Positions 1 through 9,621 of a stretch of DNA of 64,000 bases are shown piece by piece. Below the pieces are notes generated by a model. The model was not told the DNA's origin, made no database searches, and was given only the letters and a program-made list of their open reading frames with translations. The stretch is taken from positions 862 to 64,861 of the forward strand of contig JAGHAZ010000056.1 of NCBI GenBank assembly GCA_021161255.1, given 5' to 3'. Within the stretch, counting starts at the first letter, position 1. The number at the start of each line of letters is the position of its first letter. The DNA comes from Candidatus Bathyarchaeota archaeon (GTDB lineage Archaea > Thermoproteota > CALKCG01 > B24). The position numbers were made by a program, and so were the translations under genes.

Positions 1-2
1 CC

Positions 3-410
3 GAAGACCTGGACGAGGAATGCCGTAGATACGAGGAGGCTATAAAGAGGGCTGGGGGTATAGACCTTCAGCTTCTAGGCATAGGAAGGAACGGCCACAT
101 AGGTTTCAACGAGCCCGGCTCCCCCTTCGACTCTAGGACAAGGGTGGTTAAGCTCAGCGAGCAGACGAGGAAGGACAACGCCAGGTTCTTCAACTCGATA
201 GACGAGGTGCCGACCCATGCGATAACGATGGGTATAGGCACGATAATGGAGGCTAGACGCATAATCCTCATAGCCAGCGGAGAGGCTAAAGCCGAAGCCA
301 TAGCCAAGGCGGTTAAAGGACCCAAGACCGTGGACGTGCCGGCTTCTGTTCTTCAAGACCATCCAGACTGCCTGTTCATAGTGGACAAGGAAGCCGCCTC
401 GCTTCTCTAG
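3..410 (+). CDS. nagB: Glucosamine-6-phosphate deaminase (5' truncated by window edge)
   Basis: Frame is open from the window start: [38 protein letters not shown]...AITMGIGTI...PASVLQDH, which are classic NagB motifs. Confidence 0.93.
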   Translation, partial: EDLDEECRRYEEAIKRAGGIDLQLLGIGRNGHIGFNEPGSPFDSRTRVVKLSEQTRKDNARFFNSIDEVPTHAITMGIGTIMEARRIILIASGEAKAEAIAKAVKGPKTVDVPASVLQDHPDCLFIVDKEAASLL

Positions 411-492
411 CCGGATTTTTAACCCTATCCATCTCCGTTCTATCTATTACCTACGAAAACAATTAAACCTACTCGAATACTGATCTTTCGAG

Positions 493-1572
493 GTGAAACT
501 TTTGCTAGCTGCGGTTCTTAAACAGCCTTTCAAGCTCGAGCTTGAAGAAGTCCCCAAACCTACGCCTAGAGAGGATGAGGTCCTGATAAAGGTGGGGGCA
601 TGCGGGATATGCGGAAGCGATGTTCGATATTTTCAAGGTAAAAACCCCTGGGCTCTACATACGCTGGGCGTGGAGAAGCCGAACCCGCCGGATATGATCC
701 TAGGCCATGAGGTCTCGGGAACCATAGTGGAGGCCGGTGACGCGAGGTTCGAAGATAGAATAGGTGAAAAGGTCGGCATTATAGCATACAAGGCCTGTGG
801 AAGGTGTAAGTTCTGTAGCGAAGGTAGGCATAACCTATGTGCAAACGTCCTGCATATAGGTCACGACGAGGCGTGGGGCTTCAAACCCTCCCCCGGCGGC
901 ATGGCCGAGTACTGTGCGGTGTGGGAGGATAAAGCCGTCAGGCTAGACTGGCCTGTAAGCTTCGAAGAGGCTTCTCAGCTAGACGGTTTAGCCGTATCTG
1001 TCCACGCGGCTTATAGGGCTCAGGTGAAGCCCGGCGATAGGGTCGCCGTGATAGGGTCAGGTCCGATAGGGCTTATGATCCTACAGACGGTCAAGGCTTT
1101 CGGGGCCTCGGAGGTCTTCGCCATAGACGTCTGGGATAAGCCCCTAGACATAGCTCAGAAGCTCGGAGCCGACCACACGGTAGACTCCTCGAAGGAAAAC
1201 CCCGTAAACTACATATTATCTAAGACCCGGGGTCGGGGGGTCGAAGCCGTCGTGAACACGGTGGGCTCGCCTGAAACGGTCGTGGACGGTTTGAAGATGC
1301 TGGCTAGAGGAGGGTGCCAGGTTCTACTCGCTGTGACGAGCGACACGGTTCAGCTGGACCTTAGGCTTCTAGCGGGTGAGAGGGTTCTAACGGTCTCGTC
1401 GAACAACCTCTACCGAGAATACTACACCGCTGTGAGCCTCTTGAAGACGGGTAGGGTTGAGATAAAACCGTTTATAACCCACGTCCTACCGCTCGAAGAA
1501 GTTAAAGAAGCCTTCCGCATAGCGTTGAACAAAGAGGAATACGGCGCCCTGAAAGTCGTGATCAAACCCTAA
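493..1572 (+). CDS. Zn-dependent medium-chain (sugar/polyol) dehydrogenase
   Basis: GICGSD, GHE, structural Zn CxxCxxCx7C and GSGPIG NAD-binding motif. Confidence 0.9.
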   Translation: MKLLLAAVLKQPFKLELEEVPKPTPREDEVLIKVGACGICGSDVRYFQGKNPWALHTLGVEKPNPPDMILGHEVSGTIVEAGDARFEDRIGEKVGIIAYKACGRCKFCSEGRHNLCANVLHIGHDEAWGFKPSPGGMAEYCAVWEDKAVRLDWPVSFEEASQLDGLAVSVHAAYRAQVKPGDRVAVIGSGPIGLMILQTVKAFGASEVFAIDVWDKPLDIAQKLGADHTVDSSKENPVNYILSKTRGRGVEAVVNTVGSPETVVDGLKMLARGGCQVLLAVTSDTVQLDLRLLAGERVLTVSSNNLYREYYTAVSLLKTGRVEIKPFITHVLPLEEVKEAFRIALNKEEYGALKVVIKP

Positions 1573-1605
1573 GAAGAAGCCAAAGTTTATTAAATACTTG
1601 TATTT

Positions 1606-2406
1606 TTGTATTCTTGTATGAGTGAATTAGATGATTTTAGGAAAAGGGTGGACGACTTCAAGAGGCGTTTAAAGGAGGACTTCGAGCGTTCCCTTAAACG
1701 CTACGAGGACGCTTTGGACGAGCTTGAGAAGAGGGTTGAGACGCTTCCTGAAGATAAGCTTAGAGACGTTTATCCCACGGTCCGAGAGCTTAGGAGAGGG
1801 TTGATGTCTGAGCTTTATGGACTGCACCGTGAGTTTAGGCGTATGGTTTACGATTTGAGGAGAACGCTTAGGAGGCTTGCTCTCAGGCTACCGGAGGACT
1901 ATGGGGAAATGGTCGATGAGGTTAAGAGGGCTCTCGTAGAGGCTAGGGACGAGCTGGAGGACTACAGGGATTCATCCTTAGCCCTGGCTAAAAAGCTTAG
2001 AAACCTTGAGCTTCGCGTTAGAGAGAGGCTCGGTAGGTCGGCTGGTTTACCTGTTGAAGTGGAGCCGCTGGAAAAAGGCTTCGATAGACTCATCGTAGGC
2101 ATCGAGGAGGTGCTAGGGGAGATACTCTCCTCCGCCGGGAGGATCCTTTCTAAGACGTCTGAGGTTATATCGTCCGTTAGGATCCCCGAGTCCGACGCTA
2201 GGGTCATAAGGCTTCTGGTCGACGCGGGGATATTCAGGAGTAGGAACGACGCGTTAGCGTTCTTCGTGCATAAGGGCATAGAGGCTAGCCGGGATTGGCT
2301 TGAAAGGGTTCAGGATAGGCTTGAGAAGATCAGGGCGCTTCAGGAGGAGATGCGTAGGGAGCTTGAAAAGATATTCCATAGCGAGGAAGAATCCCCCAAG
2401 GGCTAG
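1606..2406 (+). CDS. Coiled-coil protein with C-terminal ribbon-helix-helix-like motif
   Basis: Long heptad-rich N-terminus; SVRIPESDARVIRLLVDAGIFRSRNDALAFFVHKGI resembles CopG/RHH. Confidence 0.6.
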   Translation: MYSCMSELDDFRKRVDDFKRRLKEDFERSLKRYEDALDELEKRVETLPEDKLRDVYPTVRELRRGLMSELYGLHREFRRMVYDLRRTLRRLALRLPEDYGEMVDEVKRALVEARDELEDYRDSSLALAKKLRNLELRVRERLGRSAGLPVEVEPLEKGFDRLIVGIEEVLGEILSSAGRILSKTSEVISSVRIPESDARVIRLLVDAGIFRSRNDALAFFVHKGIEASRDWLERVQDRLEKIRALQEEMRRELEKIFHSEEESPKG

Positions 2407-2471
2407 CATGCTTAAAGGTTTTTGGCGAAGCCTTTATTCCTTAGAAGAGGGTTTTAAATCGTGTTGGGAGA

Positions 2472-3563
2472 ATGGGCTGGTTTCTGATAAGACCCGATGC
2501 CTTAACCGTTTTGAGGAACGAGATGGTCGTAAAGGCGTTGAACAGGTATTTCAAGGTCGTCAAGAACAAGCTTCCGGCCAAGTTTATGATCGCTAGGAGG
2601 CTGGAGGCTGGTTTTCACGAAGACGACCCATTGGATAGGCTCTGGGCTCTACACGATAAACTGACCCAAGAATACTATCGGCTCGAATCTAAGATAGACG
2701 GCGGTGAGCTTTCGTTAGACGACTTAGGAGAACCCAAGAGAAGCTATCTAGACCTGAAGGTCGAGATCGCTAAGAGGCTTCTCAGATCGTGTTGCTTCTG
2801 CGAAAGGAGATGCGGCGTCAACAGGGCCGAGGGGGAGCTTGGATACTGTAGATGTGGAGAGACCTTCCTTCTATCCTCGGCTTTCCATCACGTAGGTGAA
2901 GAGCCTGAGCTCGTACCGAGCGGAACCATATTCTCGATAGGATGCAACCTCACCTGTCTACACTGCCAGAACTGGACGATATCCCAGCACATGGAGCCTG
3001 GTGAGCCCTTGACCCCTAGGGAGCTCGCGGCCGTCGTCACCAAGCTTAGACGGGATGGCTGTAGAAACTGTAACATGGTCGGAGGTTCTCCTACACCGTG
3101 GCTACACGCGTGGCTTGAAGCGTTCAAATACGTCGAGGTTAACGTGCCTACCGTCTGGAATAGTAACAGTTACTACAGCATCGAGGCCGCTAAGCTTCTC
3201 AGAGGGTTCATAGACGTTTATCTCCTAGACTTTAAATACGGAAGAGACGAATGCGCCGTTAGGATATCCAACGCCCCCAACTACGTCGAGGTTTGCCGGA
3301 GAAATCACTTGATGGCTCTAGAGAGCGGTGAGCTCATAATACGGATACTTCTCCTACCTGAGCATATCGAATGCTGCGGCAAGCCCATACTGAAGTGGAT
3401 CAGGGAGAACCTCGGAGACTGGGTTAGGGTTAACATAATGGACCAGTATAGGCCGCATTGGAGGGCCCACGAGGTTCCCGAACTACGTAGAAGGCTTAGG
3501 CACGAGGAGTACTTGGAAGCTGTGAGCTACGCGAAGTCGATAGGGCTTCTGAACCTAGCATAG
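2472..3563 (+). CDS. Radical SAM protein, PflX-like
   Basis: CNLTCLHC motif, CCFCERRCGVNR and HVGEEPELVPSGTIF. Confidence 0.88.
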   Translation: MGWFLIRPDALTVLRNEMVVKALNRYFKVVKNKLPAKFMIARRLEAGFHEDDPLDRLWALHDKLTQEYYRLESKIDGGELSLDDLGEPKRSYLDLKVEIAKRLLRSCCFCERRCGVNRAEGELGYCRCGETFLLSSAFHHVGEEPELVPSGTIFSIGCNLTCLHCQNWTISQHMEPGEPLTPRELAAVVTKLRRDGCRNCNMVGGSPTPWLHAWLEAFKYVEVNVPTVWNSNSYYSIEAAKLLRGFIDVYLLDFKYGRDECAVRISNAPNYVEVCRRNHLMALESGELIIRILLLPEHIECCGKPILKWIRENLGDWVRVNIMDQYRPHWRAHEVPELRRRLRHEEYLEAVSYAKSIGLLNLA

Positions 3564-3616
3564 CCTCATCTCAAGGAGTTTGACTCGTCTTCTAGAGCCT
3601 CCTTAGGTAGAGGATG

Positions 3617-4330
3617 TTATGGATGTTTCATCTTCTCCATGTATGTCCTCCTCTTAGCCTCGTAGTCCTTTCTCGTGTAGACGGGCTTAGCTGGTGAACC
3701 TCTGACGACGGTACCCGGTTTGACGTCTCTGGTCACTATCGACCCTGCCGCTACCATAGCCCTCTTACCTATCGTAACCCCCGCCATTATGATCGACCCT
3801 GCCCCTACAACGGCCTCCTCCTCTATACGGGCACCGACGAGTAGACCGCTGGGAGGATACTTGTCGTTCAGAACCGTCACCATCGGCCCAAGGAAAACCC
3901 TATCACCCACCACGGTTCTCGGAGGTAGATAGCAGCCGGTTTGGATCCTAACCTCCGACCCTATCGAGACATACCCGTCTACAACCGTGTGGGAGCCTAT
4001 GAGGGTCTTATCACCCACCTCTACGTTCTCCCTTATCATGACGAAGTGGCCGGTTTCGACCTCGTCGCCTAACCTCGAGTTCTCGTAGACCACCGTGTAA
4101 GGTCTTAGGATGCATCTTTCTCCTACAACGCATCCCCGGCTCTCTAAATCGTAGTTTTCTAGGCCTGAAGCCTCTTCTACGAGCTTTTTCAAAACCGCTC
4201 TAGCCGGGTAGCCTAGCACCACCCCATAGCCTAGAACCGTGCCTCTCCCCACGACGGTAGGCCCCAGTATGGTAACCAATCCCTCGGCTAAGACTCTACC
4301 TAACTTAGCTCTTCTAGATATAAAGCCCAT
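3617..4330 (-). CDS. Hexapeptide-repeat (left-handed beta-helix) acyltransferase
   Basis: Repeated [LIV]G-x4 hexapeptides, NDKYPP, GSPAK. Confidence 0.85.
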   Translation of the reverse strand: MGFISRRAKLGRVLAEGLVTILGPTVVGRGTVLGYGVVLGYPARAVLKKLVEEASGLENYDLESRGCVVGERCILRPYTVVYENSRLGDEVETGHFVMIRENVEVGDKTLIGSHTVVDGYVSIGSEVRIQTGCYLPPRTVVGDRVFLGPMVTVLNDKYPPSGLLVGARIEEEAVVGAGSIIMAGVTIGKRAMVAAGSIVTRDVKPGTVVRGSPAKPVYTRKDYEAKRRTYMEKMKHP

Positions 4331-4363
4331 AACGATACTACTTCGACGGATAGCCCTTTATCT

Positions 4364-5356
4364 TTAACCTTCCGCACCCTTGAAGTATGGGATCACCTTC
4401 TCACCGAGTAGCCTTATAACCTCTAAGCCCTCCCTAAGGTCCATCCCTGGATAATGTATCCTGAAGATCATATCTGTCACCCCGAGACGTTTCGCCACCT
4501 CCTCGATCTGAGATATACATTCATCAGGGTCTCCGACTATGAAACGGTCCCTAGCCACGTCTTCGAAGCTCTTCAGGTCTTTAACCAGCGAATGGCTCCA
4601 TGAGACATAGTCTCTGAAGTACATCGCCCCTATGTATTTCTCAGCCTTCTCACGTGCCTCGACGGGGTCTTCGGCCACGTAAACCTCCCTGACGAGCGGG
4701 ATCCTCTCAGGCTTTTTACCGAGCTCCTTCATGTAATCCATGTAGATACGGTAGCTGTTAGCGACGTCGCTTAAAGACCCCACAGGTCCTATAAACCACG
4801 CATCCCCAAGCTCAGCCGCCCTCCTCAAGGCTCTTCTACTCCATCCACCGACCCATATGGGTGGACGCGGCTTCCTGAGCGGCTTCGGATATAGCGAGAA
4901 GCCTTTAACCTCGAAGAACCTGCCCTTGAAGTCAACGGTAGGCTCTGTCCAAAGCTTCTTTATGAGGACCAGCGACTCGGTCATCCGGTCACCTCTGCCC
5001 TTCATAGGGACTTGGAAGACATCATACTCCTCTCTTCTATAGCCTAGGCCAACCCCTAGGATAAGTCTTCCACCGGATATCACGTCGACCACGGCAGCGT
5101 CTTCGGCTACGTGAACAGGGTGGTACAGCGGAAGTATGAGGATGCACGTCCCCAGCTCTATACGCTCAGTCACTGGTGCGAGTCCAGCTAAAGCCACGAG
5201 TGGAGATGGATAATACATATCTTCCCGCCCATGGTGTTCGAGTATCCAAGCCGAGTCGAAGCCGAGTTTCTCGGCAAGCTGGACCTCCTCGACCGTCCAG
5301 TTCCAATACCAGTCCCACTGAATAGGCGCCATGCCGAACCTTATAGAACGGCTCAT
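4364..5356 (-). CDS. LLM-class flavin/F420-dependent oxidoreductase
   Basis: AEKLGFDSAWILEHH, TERIELGT, SGGRLILGVGLGY, PPIWVGG. Confidence 0.9.
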   Translation of the reverse strand: MSRSIRFGMAPIQWDWYWNWTVEEVQLAEKLGFDSAWILEHHGREDMYYPSPLVALAGLAPVTERIELGTCILILPLYHPVHVAEDAAVVDVISGGRLILGVGLGYRREEYDVFQVPMKGRGDRMTESLVLIKKLWTEPTVDFKGRFFEVKGFSLYPKPLRKPRPPIWVGGWSRRALRRAAELGDAWFIGPVGSLSDVANSYRIYMDYMKELGKKPERIPLVREVYVAEDPVEAREKAEKYIGAMYFRDYVSWSHSLVKDLKSFEDVARDRFIVGDPDECISQIEEVAKRLGVTDMIFRIHYPGMDLREGLEVIRLLGEKVIPYFKGAEG

Positions 5357-5414
5357 GTTATTTCATAATCTTACCGGGAAGTCTTTTTAAGCTTTGGGAG
5401 CTAAGGGTTTATCT

Positions 5415-6143
5415 ATGGAAGAACCCGCAACCCAGTTAGGCTATGGCTCCACGTATAAGGAGGTAGAAGAGAGCGGCGTTAAGGGAGCCCTGCTTCCCAT
5501 AGGCTCGTTGGAGCAACATGGACCCCACCTTCCGCTGTGCACGGACACGGTCATAGCCTTCGAGCTGGCTAAAGCCGTCGCCTCGAGGCTTAACCTATTT
5601 CTCCTGCCTCCGATACCGATAAGCTGCTCGGCTGAGCATAGGGGGGTTAAGGGCACCGTATATCTCAGACCTGAAACCCTCACTTTAGTACTGAGAGACA
5701 TAGTCGAATCCCTCTCCCGAAGCGGCTTCAAGTACCTTGTGGTGCTAAGCGGCCATGGTGGAAACTGGGTATTGAAACCGGCCGTGAGGTATCTGAACCT
5801 TGATTACCCAGAGTTCAAAGTAATACTGGTCGGCGAGTCTGTCTATGGAAACCATTTGAGGGAGATATTCGAAGAGGTCGACGACCTACACGCAGGTGAG
5901 CATGAGACGTCTTTGATGCTCTACCTCAAGCCTAACATGGTTCGAGACAAGCCGGAGGGATGTCGACCGGAAGCGGGTAGGGAGATGCTGGACTACCTAC
6001 CTATATGGGAGATAACCCCTACAGGCATCTGGGGCAACCCGTCTAGGGCTAGCGTAGAAAAAGGTAGGTTGGCGTTCGAAAAAACAGTCGAGGCGATAGT
6101 CAAGTACCTCAAGACGCTACTGGCTAGGTTAAACCTTCTATAG
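5415..6143 (+). CDS. Creatininase-family amidohydrolase
   Basis: GSLEQHGPHLPLCTD, SGHGGN, DLHAGEHETS; likely ATG at 5415. Confidence 0.9.
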   Translation: MEEPATQLGYGSTYKEVEESGVKGALLPIGSLEQHGPHLPLCTDTVIAFELAKAVASRLNLFLLPPIPISCSAEHRGVKGTVYLRPETLTLVLRDIVESLSRSGFKYLVVLSGHGGNWVLKPAVRYLNLDYPEFKVILVGESVYGNHLREIFEEVDDLHAGEHETSLMLYLKPNMVRDKPEGCRPEAGREMLDYLPIWEITPTGIWGNPSRASVEKGRLAFEKTVEAIVKYLKTLLARLNLL

Positions 6144-7067
6144 CAGACCCGCTTTCTCGAGGGCCTTCCTGACTAGCTTACGCTCAGCCTCCGAGATAGG
6201 CGTCAAGGGAGGTCTAACATAGGCTTTTCTAAGCACTCCTAGCATCACCAACGCCTCTTTAAGCCTAGCCCTGTAGTTTCTAACGGGCGGAGCGAATATG
6301 GCGTCTGCTAGAGGCTGCACCACTTCGGCTATCTTGAACGCCTCCTCGTAGTCTCCGCGTTTAGCCTTCTCGATCATCTCGACCTGGAGGTCCGTAGCTA
6401 TAGTCCCGAAGCCCAGCAGAGCCCCGTCGGCACCTAGGATAAACGATTCGAGTATAAAGTTGTCGTTTCCAGTAAGGACGTAAACCTTCCTCTTGATGGA
6501 CCTGACGATTTTAACGGTCTCCAGGAACTTTCTGGCATCGAAGCTAGCCTCCTTGATCGCGGCTACCCCTTCGATTTCGAAGAGCCTCCTTAACGCAGAC
6601 GCAGAGTACTCCACACCACCTAACGCCCTCTGAAGCTGGAAGACTATCAAAGGTATCTCGACGGCGTCTGAAACAGCCTTATGGTATCCGTAGGGTATCT
6701 CAGGGTCTAGAGGCTCCCCTGCGTAAGCCGGTATCGGGAACATCAGCAACGCGTCAGCCCCCGCCTCTTCGAGCCTCTTAGCCATCCTAACCGCGGCGTC
6801 TGTGAACCTGGTCGAGAGACCTGCGACTATGGGTATACGGCCCTTAAGCTCCTCCCTGTAGACCTCGATAACCCTAACCTGTTCCTCAGGATAGAGATGC
6901 GGCCCCTCACCCGTGTCGACGTTGACCGCTACGCCGCTTATCCCGAAGCCCGATATCCAGTCTATATATCTTCTAAGCTCGTCTTCGTCGACTTTGTAGT
7001 TCTCATCCATGGGGAGAACCGTGGCTGGTATAAGCCCTTCAAACATCTCAGGTCTCAAAACTATCAC
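6138..7067 (-). CDS. DapA/NanA-like Schiff-base aldolase or dehydratase (divergent)
   Basis: DapA fold signatures (DTGEG, IKEAS lysine, TGND, GADG, VRPPL). Confidence 0.85.
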   Translation of the reverse strand: MIVLRPEMFEGLIPATVLPMDENYKVDEDELRRYIDWISGFGISGVAVNVDTGEGPHLYPEEQVRVIEVYREELKGRIPIVAGLSTRFTDAAVRMAKRLEEAGADALLMFPIPAYAGEPLDPEIPYGYHKAVSDAVEIPLIVFQLQRALGGVEYSASALRRLFEIEGVAAIKEASFDARKFLETVKIVRSIKRKVYVLTGNDNFILESFILGADGALLGFGTIATDLQVEMIEKAKRGDYEEAFKIAEVVQPLADAIFAPPVRNYRARLKEALVMLGVLRKAYVRPPLTPISEAERKLVRKALEKAGLL

Positions 7068-7098
7068 CGTCAGACAGGATCTAAACGGCTAGAGTTTC

Positions 7099-7383
7099 TT
7101 AGTCTTTATCTAGCCCCCTTGTCTTTTTAAGCTCTTCTACAAACCTCTTCAAAGCCTCTACGTTCTCCTCCCTGACGCTCCGCCTCCTGGTATCCACGTA
7201 CAAGCCGAGCATCCGAGCTCTACCGACGCTTAAACCAGCCTTCTTCAACTCACCTATACTGAATCCTCTACCGACCCTGAAACCGTAGCCAAACCTGGGG
7301 ATCTTAACTATAGGCTCAGGCACATTCCTCCTGACACCCTTCATAGAGGAGCTCCTCCTCTTGCCCCTTCTAGGGTTAGACAT
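7099..7383 (-). CDS. rpl13e: 50S ribosomal protein L13e
   Basis: [16 protein letters not shown]...[10 protein letters not shown]...ENVEAL. Confidence 0.92.
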   Translation of the reverse strand: MSNPRRGKRRSSSMKGVRRNVPEPIVKIPRFGYGFRVGRGFSIGELKKAGLSVGRARMLGLYVDTRRRSVREENVEALKRFVEELKKTRGLDKD

Positions 7384-7479
7384 TTAAGACATCGTTTAAA
7401 AACGTTCGTTTTACCCGATGGCCGTGCGTCGATTAGAGTTATATGCCTCGACGTGTTTTATGAGTGAACGGCGGTCTCT

Positions 7480-8340
7480 ATGTTTCTGTCCATAAGAGAT
7501 GTCATACTACGTTATGCTGGATACGGGTCTTTATCGGAGGGCTTAAAAAGCCTCGGAATCGACAGCTTCGAGCTCTACGTGGGTAGAGACCTGAAGACTA
7601 GGCCTATAGACGGTGAACGGTTTAACCTTGCATCTAGGGACGAAGCTGCTAGGCTTAAACGCTCTTTAGAAGTCCGGGGGTTTAGAGTATGCGCCCTACT
7701 GCTCGCGAACGATTTCTCAAGCCCAGACTTGAAGCAGGAAATAGTATACGTCAAGACGGGGCTGGAGGCGGCTTATCGTCTAGAGGTACGCGTAGTTAGG
7801 ATAAACGCGTTGATGAGGGAGATACAGGGTTACGGGTTGGAGGAGTATGTCGATAGGACGGTCGAAGCCCTAGAGCCGTGCATACGGTTATGTAAAGAAA
7901 CCGGTGTCTCTCTGGCCGTGGAGAATCACGGGGTCGTAGCGAACAGAGTCGAGTTTCTGAAGGCTCTTTTCGACAGGTTTCCGGACGGCCACCTGGGGTT
8001 GACGCTCGACACCGGCAACTTCTACTGGTTCGGCTACCCGTTGAGTCGGCTTTATGAGATATACGAGACATTGGCGCCATACGTTAAACACACTCACATG
8101 AAGAACGCCGCGGCTAAACCGGGTAAAAAGGACGTGGTGAGAAAGCCTAGGGAGGTCGAGATGACACCGCTCTACGAGGGAGACATAGCTCTAGACAGGG
8201 TTATCGAGATCTTGGGGAAAACAGGGTACGACTACGACCTGACCATAGAAGACGAGTCCCTAGACCGGTTCAAGCCTGAAGAAAGGATGACGATTCTCAG
8301 GAAAGACGTCGAATACCTCAAATGTCTCCTGTCCTCCTAG
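7480..8340 (+). CDS. Sugar phosphate isomerase/epimerase (xylose isomerase-like TIM barrel)
   Basis: LAVENH, LDTGN, HTHMKN, TIEDE metal ligands. Confidence 0.85.
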   Translation: MFLSIRDVILRYAGYGSLSEGLKSLGIDSFELYVGRDLKTRPIDGERFNLASRDEAARLKRSLEVRGFRVCALLLANDFSSPDLKQEIVYVKTGLEAAYRLEVRVVRINALMREIQGYGLEEYVDRTVEALEPCIRLCKETGVSLAVENHGVVANRVEFLKALFDRFPDGHLGLTLDTGNFYWFGYPLSRLYEIYETLAPYVKHTHMKNAAAKPGKKDVVRKPREVEMTPLYEGDIALDRVIEILGKTGYDYDLTIEDESLDRFKPEERMTILRKDVEYLKCLLSS

Positions 8341-8382
8341 AAAAACGCCGAGAGCCTGGGGGAAGAACAAGGTTCTCTGGCT

Positions 8383-9519
8383 TTATATATAGTTCAATCC
8401 ATAGGTCGGTGTCGGCATCGGGAACACCGTTTTGAAGGGTTTGGGAACGCTGTCGGGGTCGAAGTCCGGTGTATCAGGGTTTTCCACCGTCTCAGGTCTT
8501 CCGAATACGAGTAGCGTGAACTCTCTCGGGTCGCTGAGTTCTAAACGGCTGTCTGAAAGCTGGATTCTAATACCGCCCGGTTTAGATTCCACTACGAATT
8601 CTACGTCTCCTATTCTTTCTTCGACGTATAGACGTATCTTCTCGGCGAACTTCGTGGGGTTTAGTATAGCTAGGCTCGCAGGGGCGCTGGAGGTCTGGGG
8701 TTTTAGACCCACGTCCTCTAGGAGACTAAGCATCTCCCAATCTCCGTATGGGATGTTAAGTTCAAACGTCTTTATACCGGGCGTCTTAGATAGGTCGCTT
8801 ATTATACGGAGAACGGCTCTTCTAGAGCCTGCGTACTCGACTAGGCTCCACGCTCCGTCAAACTCTAGGGCCGATATGTAGGCCATAGGTCTTCTCCTTT
8901 TATACGCTATGAGATGTCTCGCCTTCGCCACTCCTTCGCGTATTCTTCTACCTGCTAGGAGCTTAAACTCGTCTAGACTTCTCTTAAACCGAACAGGTTC
9001 CCTCTGGTATAGGGTCACAAGGTCCATGACCCTATCCTCCGTGTAAGGCTTAACTTCTACGTCTTCGAATATGGTTATTGCACTCGGCCGGGTCCTAAAC
9101 CTGTATACCTTCCCCGCCTCTACGCATCCTGCTCTGCTGTAAAGCGTTCTCTTACCTGAGATCATCACGAAGTCTACTCCGTCCTCACGCATCTTCTTGA
9201 AGGCGTCTCTAACCAAAGCAGAGGCGTATCCCCTATTCCTATACTCTGGGTGAGTGCATACGGCGCCTACGAGGCCGGCTTTAACCCAGCAACCGTATAG
9301 GTTAAGCCATCCTTCCCAGAAACCCACGTGAGACACGACCTTACCGTCTGAAACGATGACCCTGAGATTCTCGATGTTGGACTCGTTGAGAAAATGCGGA
9401 AAAGCCTCGTCCATGCGTGCTCCTCTCTTCTCGAACCCGAATATCCAGCTCGTAAGCTTAACGATCTGCGGGAGCTCCTCGACTTTAGCGGCCCTAGGTC
9501 CCTCGATCACATACAGCAC
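8383..9519 (-). CDS. GNAT acetyltransferase, Eis-like multi-domain
   Basis: VGAVCTHPEYRNRGYA acetyl-CoA motif; 378 aa. Confidence 0.85.
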   Translation of the reverse strand: MLYVIEGPRAAKVEELPQIVKLTSWIFGFEKRGARMDEAFPHFLNESNIENLRVIVSDGKVVSHVGFWEGWLNLYGCWVKAGLVGAVCTHPEYRNRGYASALVRDAFKKMREDGVDFVMISGKRTLYSRAGCVEAGKVYRFRTRPSAITIFEDVEVKPYTEDRVMDLVTLYQREPVRFKRSLDEFKLLAGRRIREGVAKARHLIAYKRRRPMAYISALEFDGAWSLVEYAGSRRAVLRIISDLSKTPGIKTFELNIPYGDWEMLSLLEDVGLKPQTSSAPASLAILNPTKFAEKIRLYVEERIGDVEFVVESKPGGIRIQLSDSRLELSDPREFTLLVFGRPETVENPDTPDFDPDSVPKPFKTVFPMPTPTYGLNYI

Positions 9520-9621
9520 CTCCCTCTAAACGGTTCTAAGGGCATACGTTGTTGAATGTTCCAAAAGTATAATAACCTTTTCTTTCTCAATAGGTGTACG
9601 GTGTCTGAAACGGGTCGAGTC

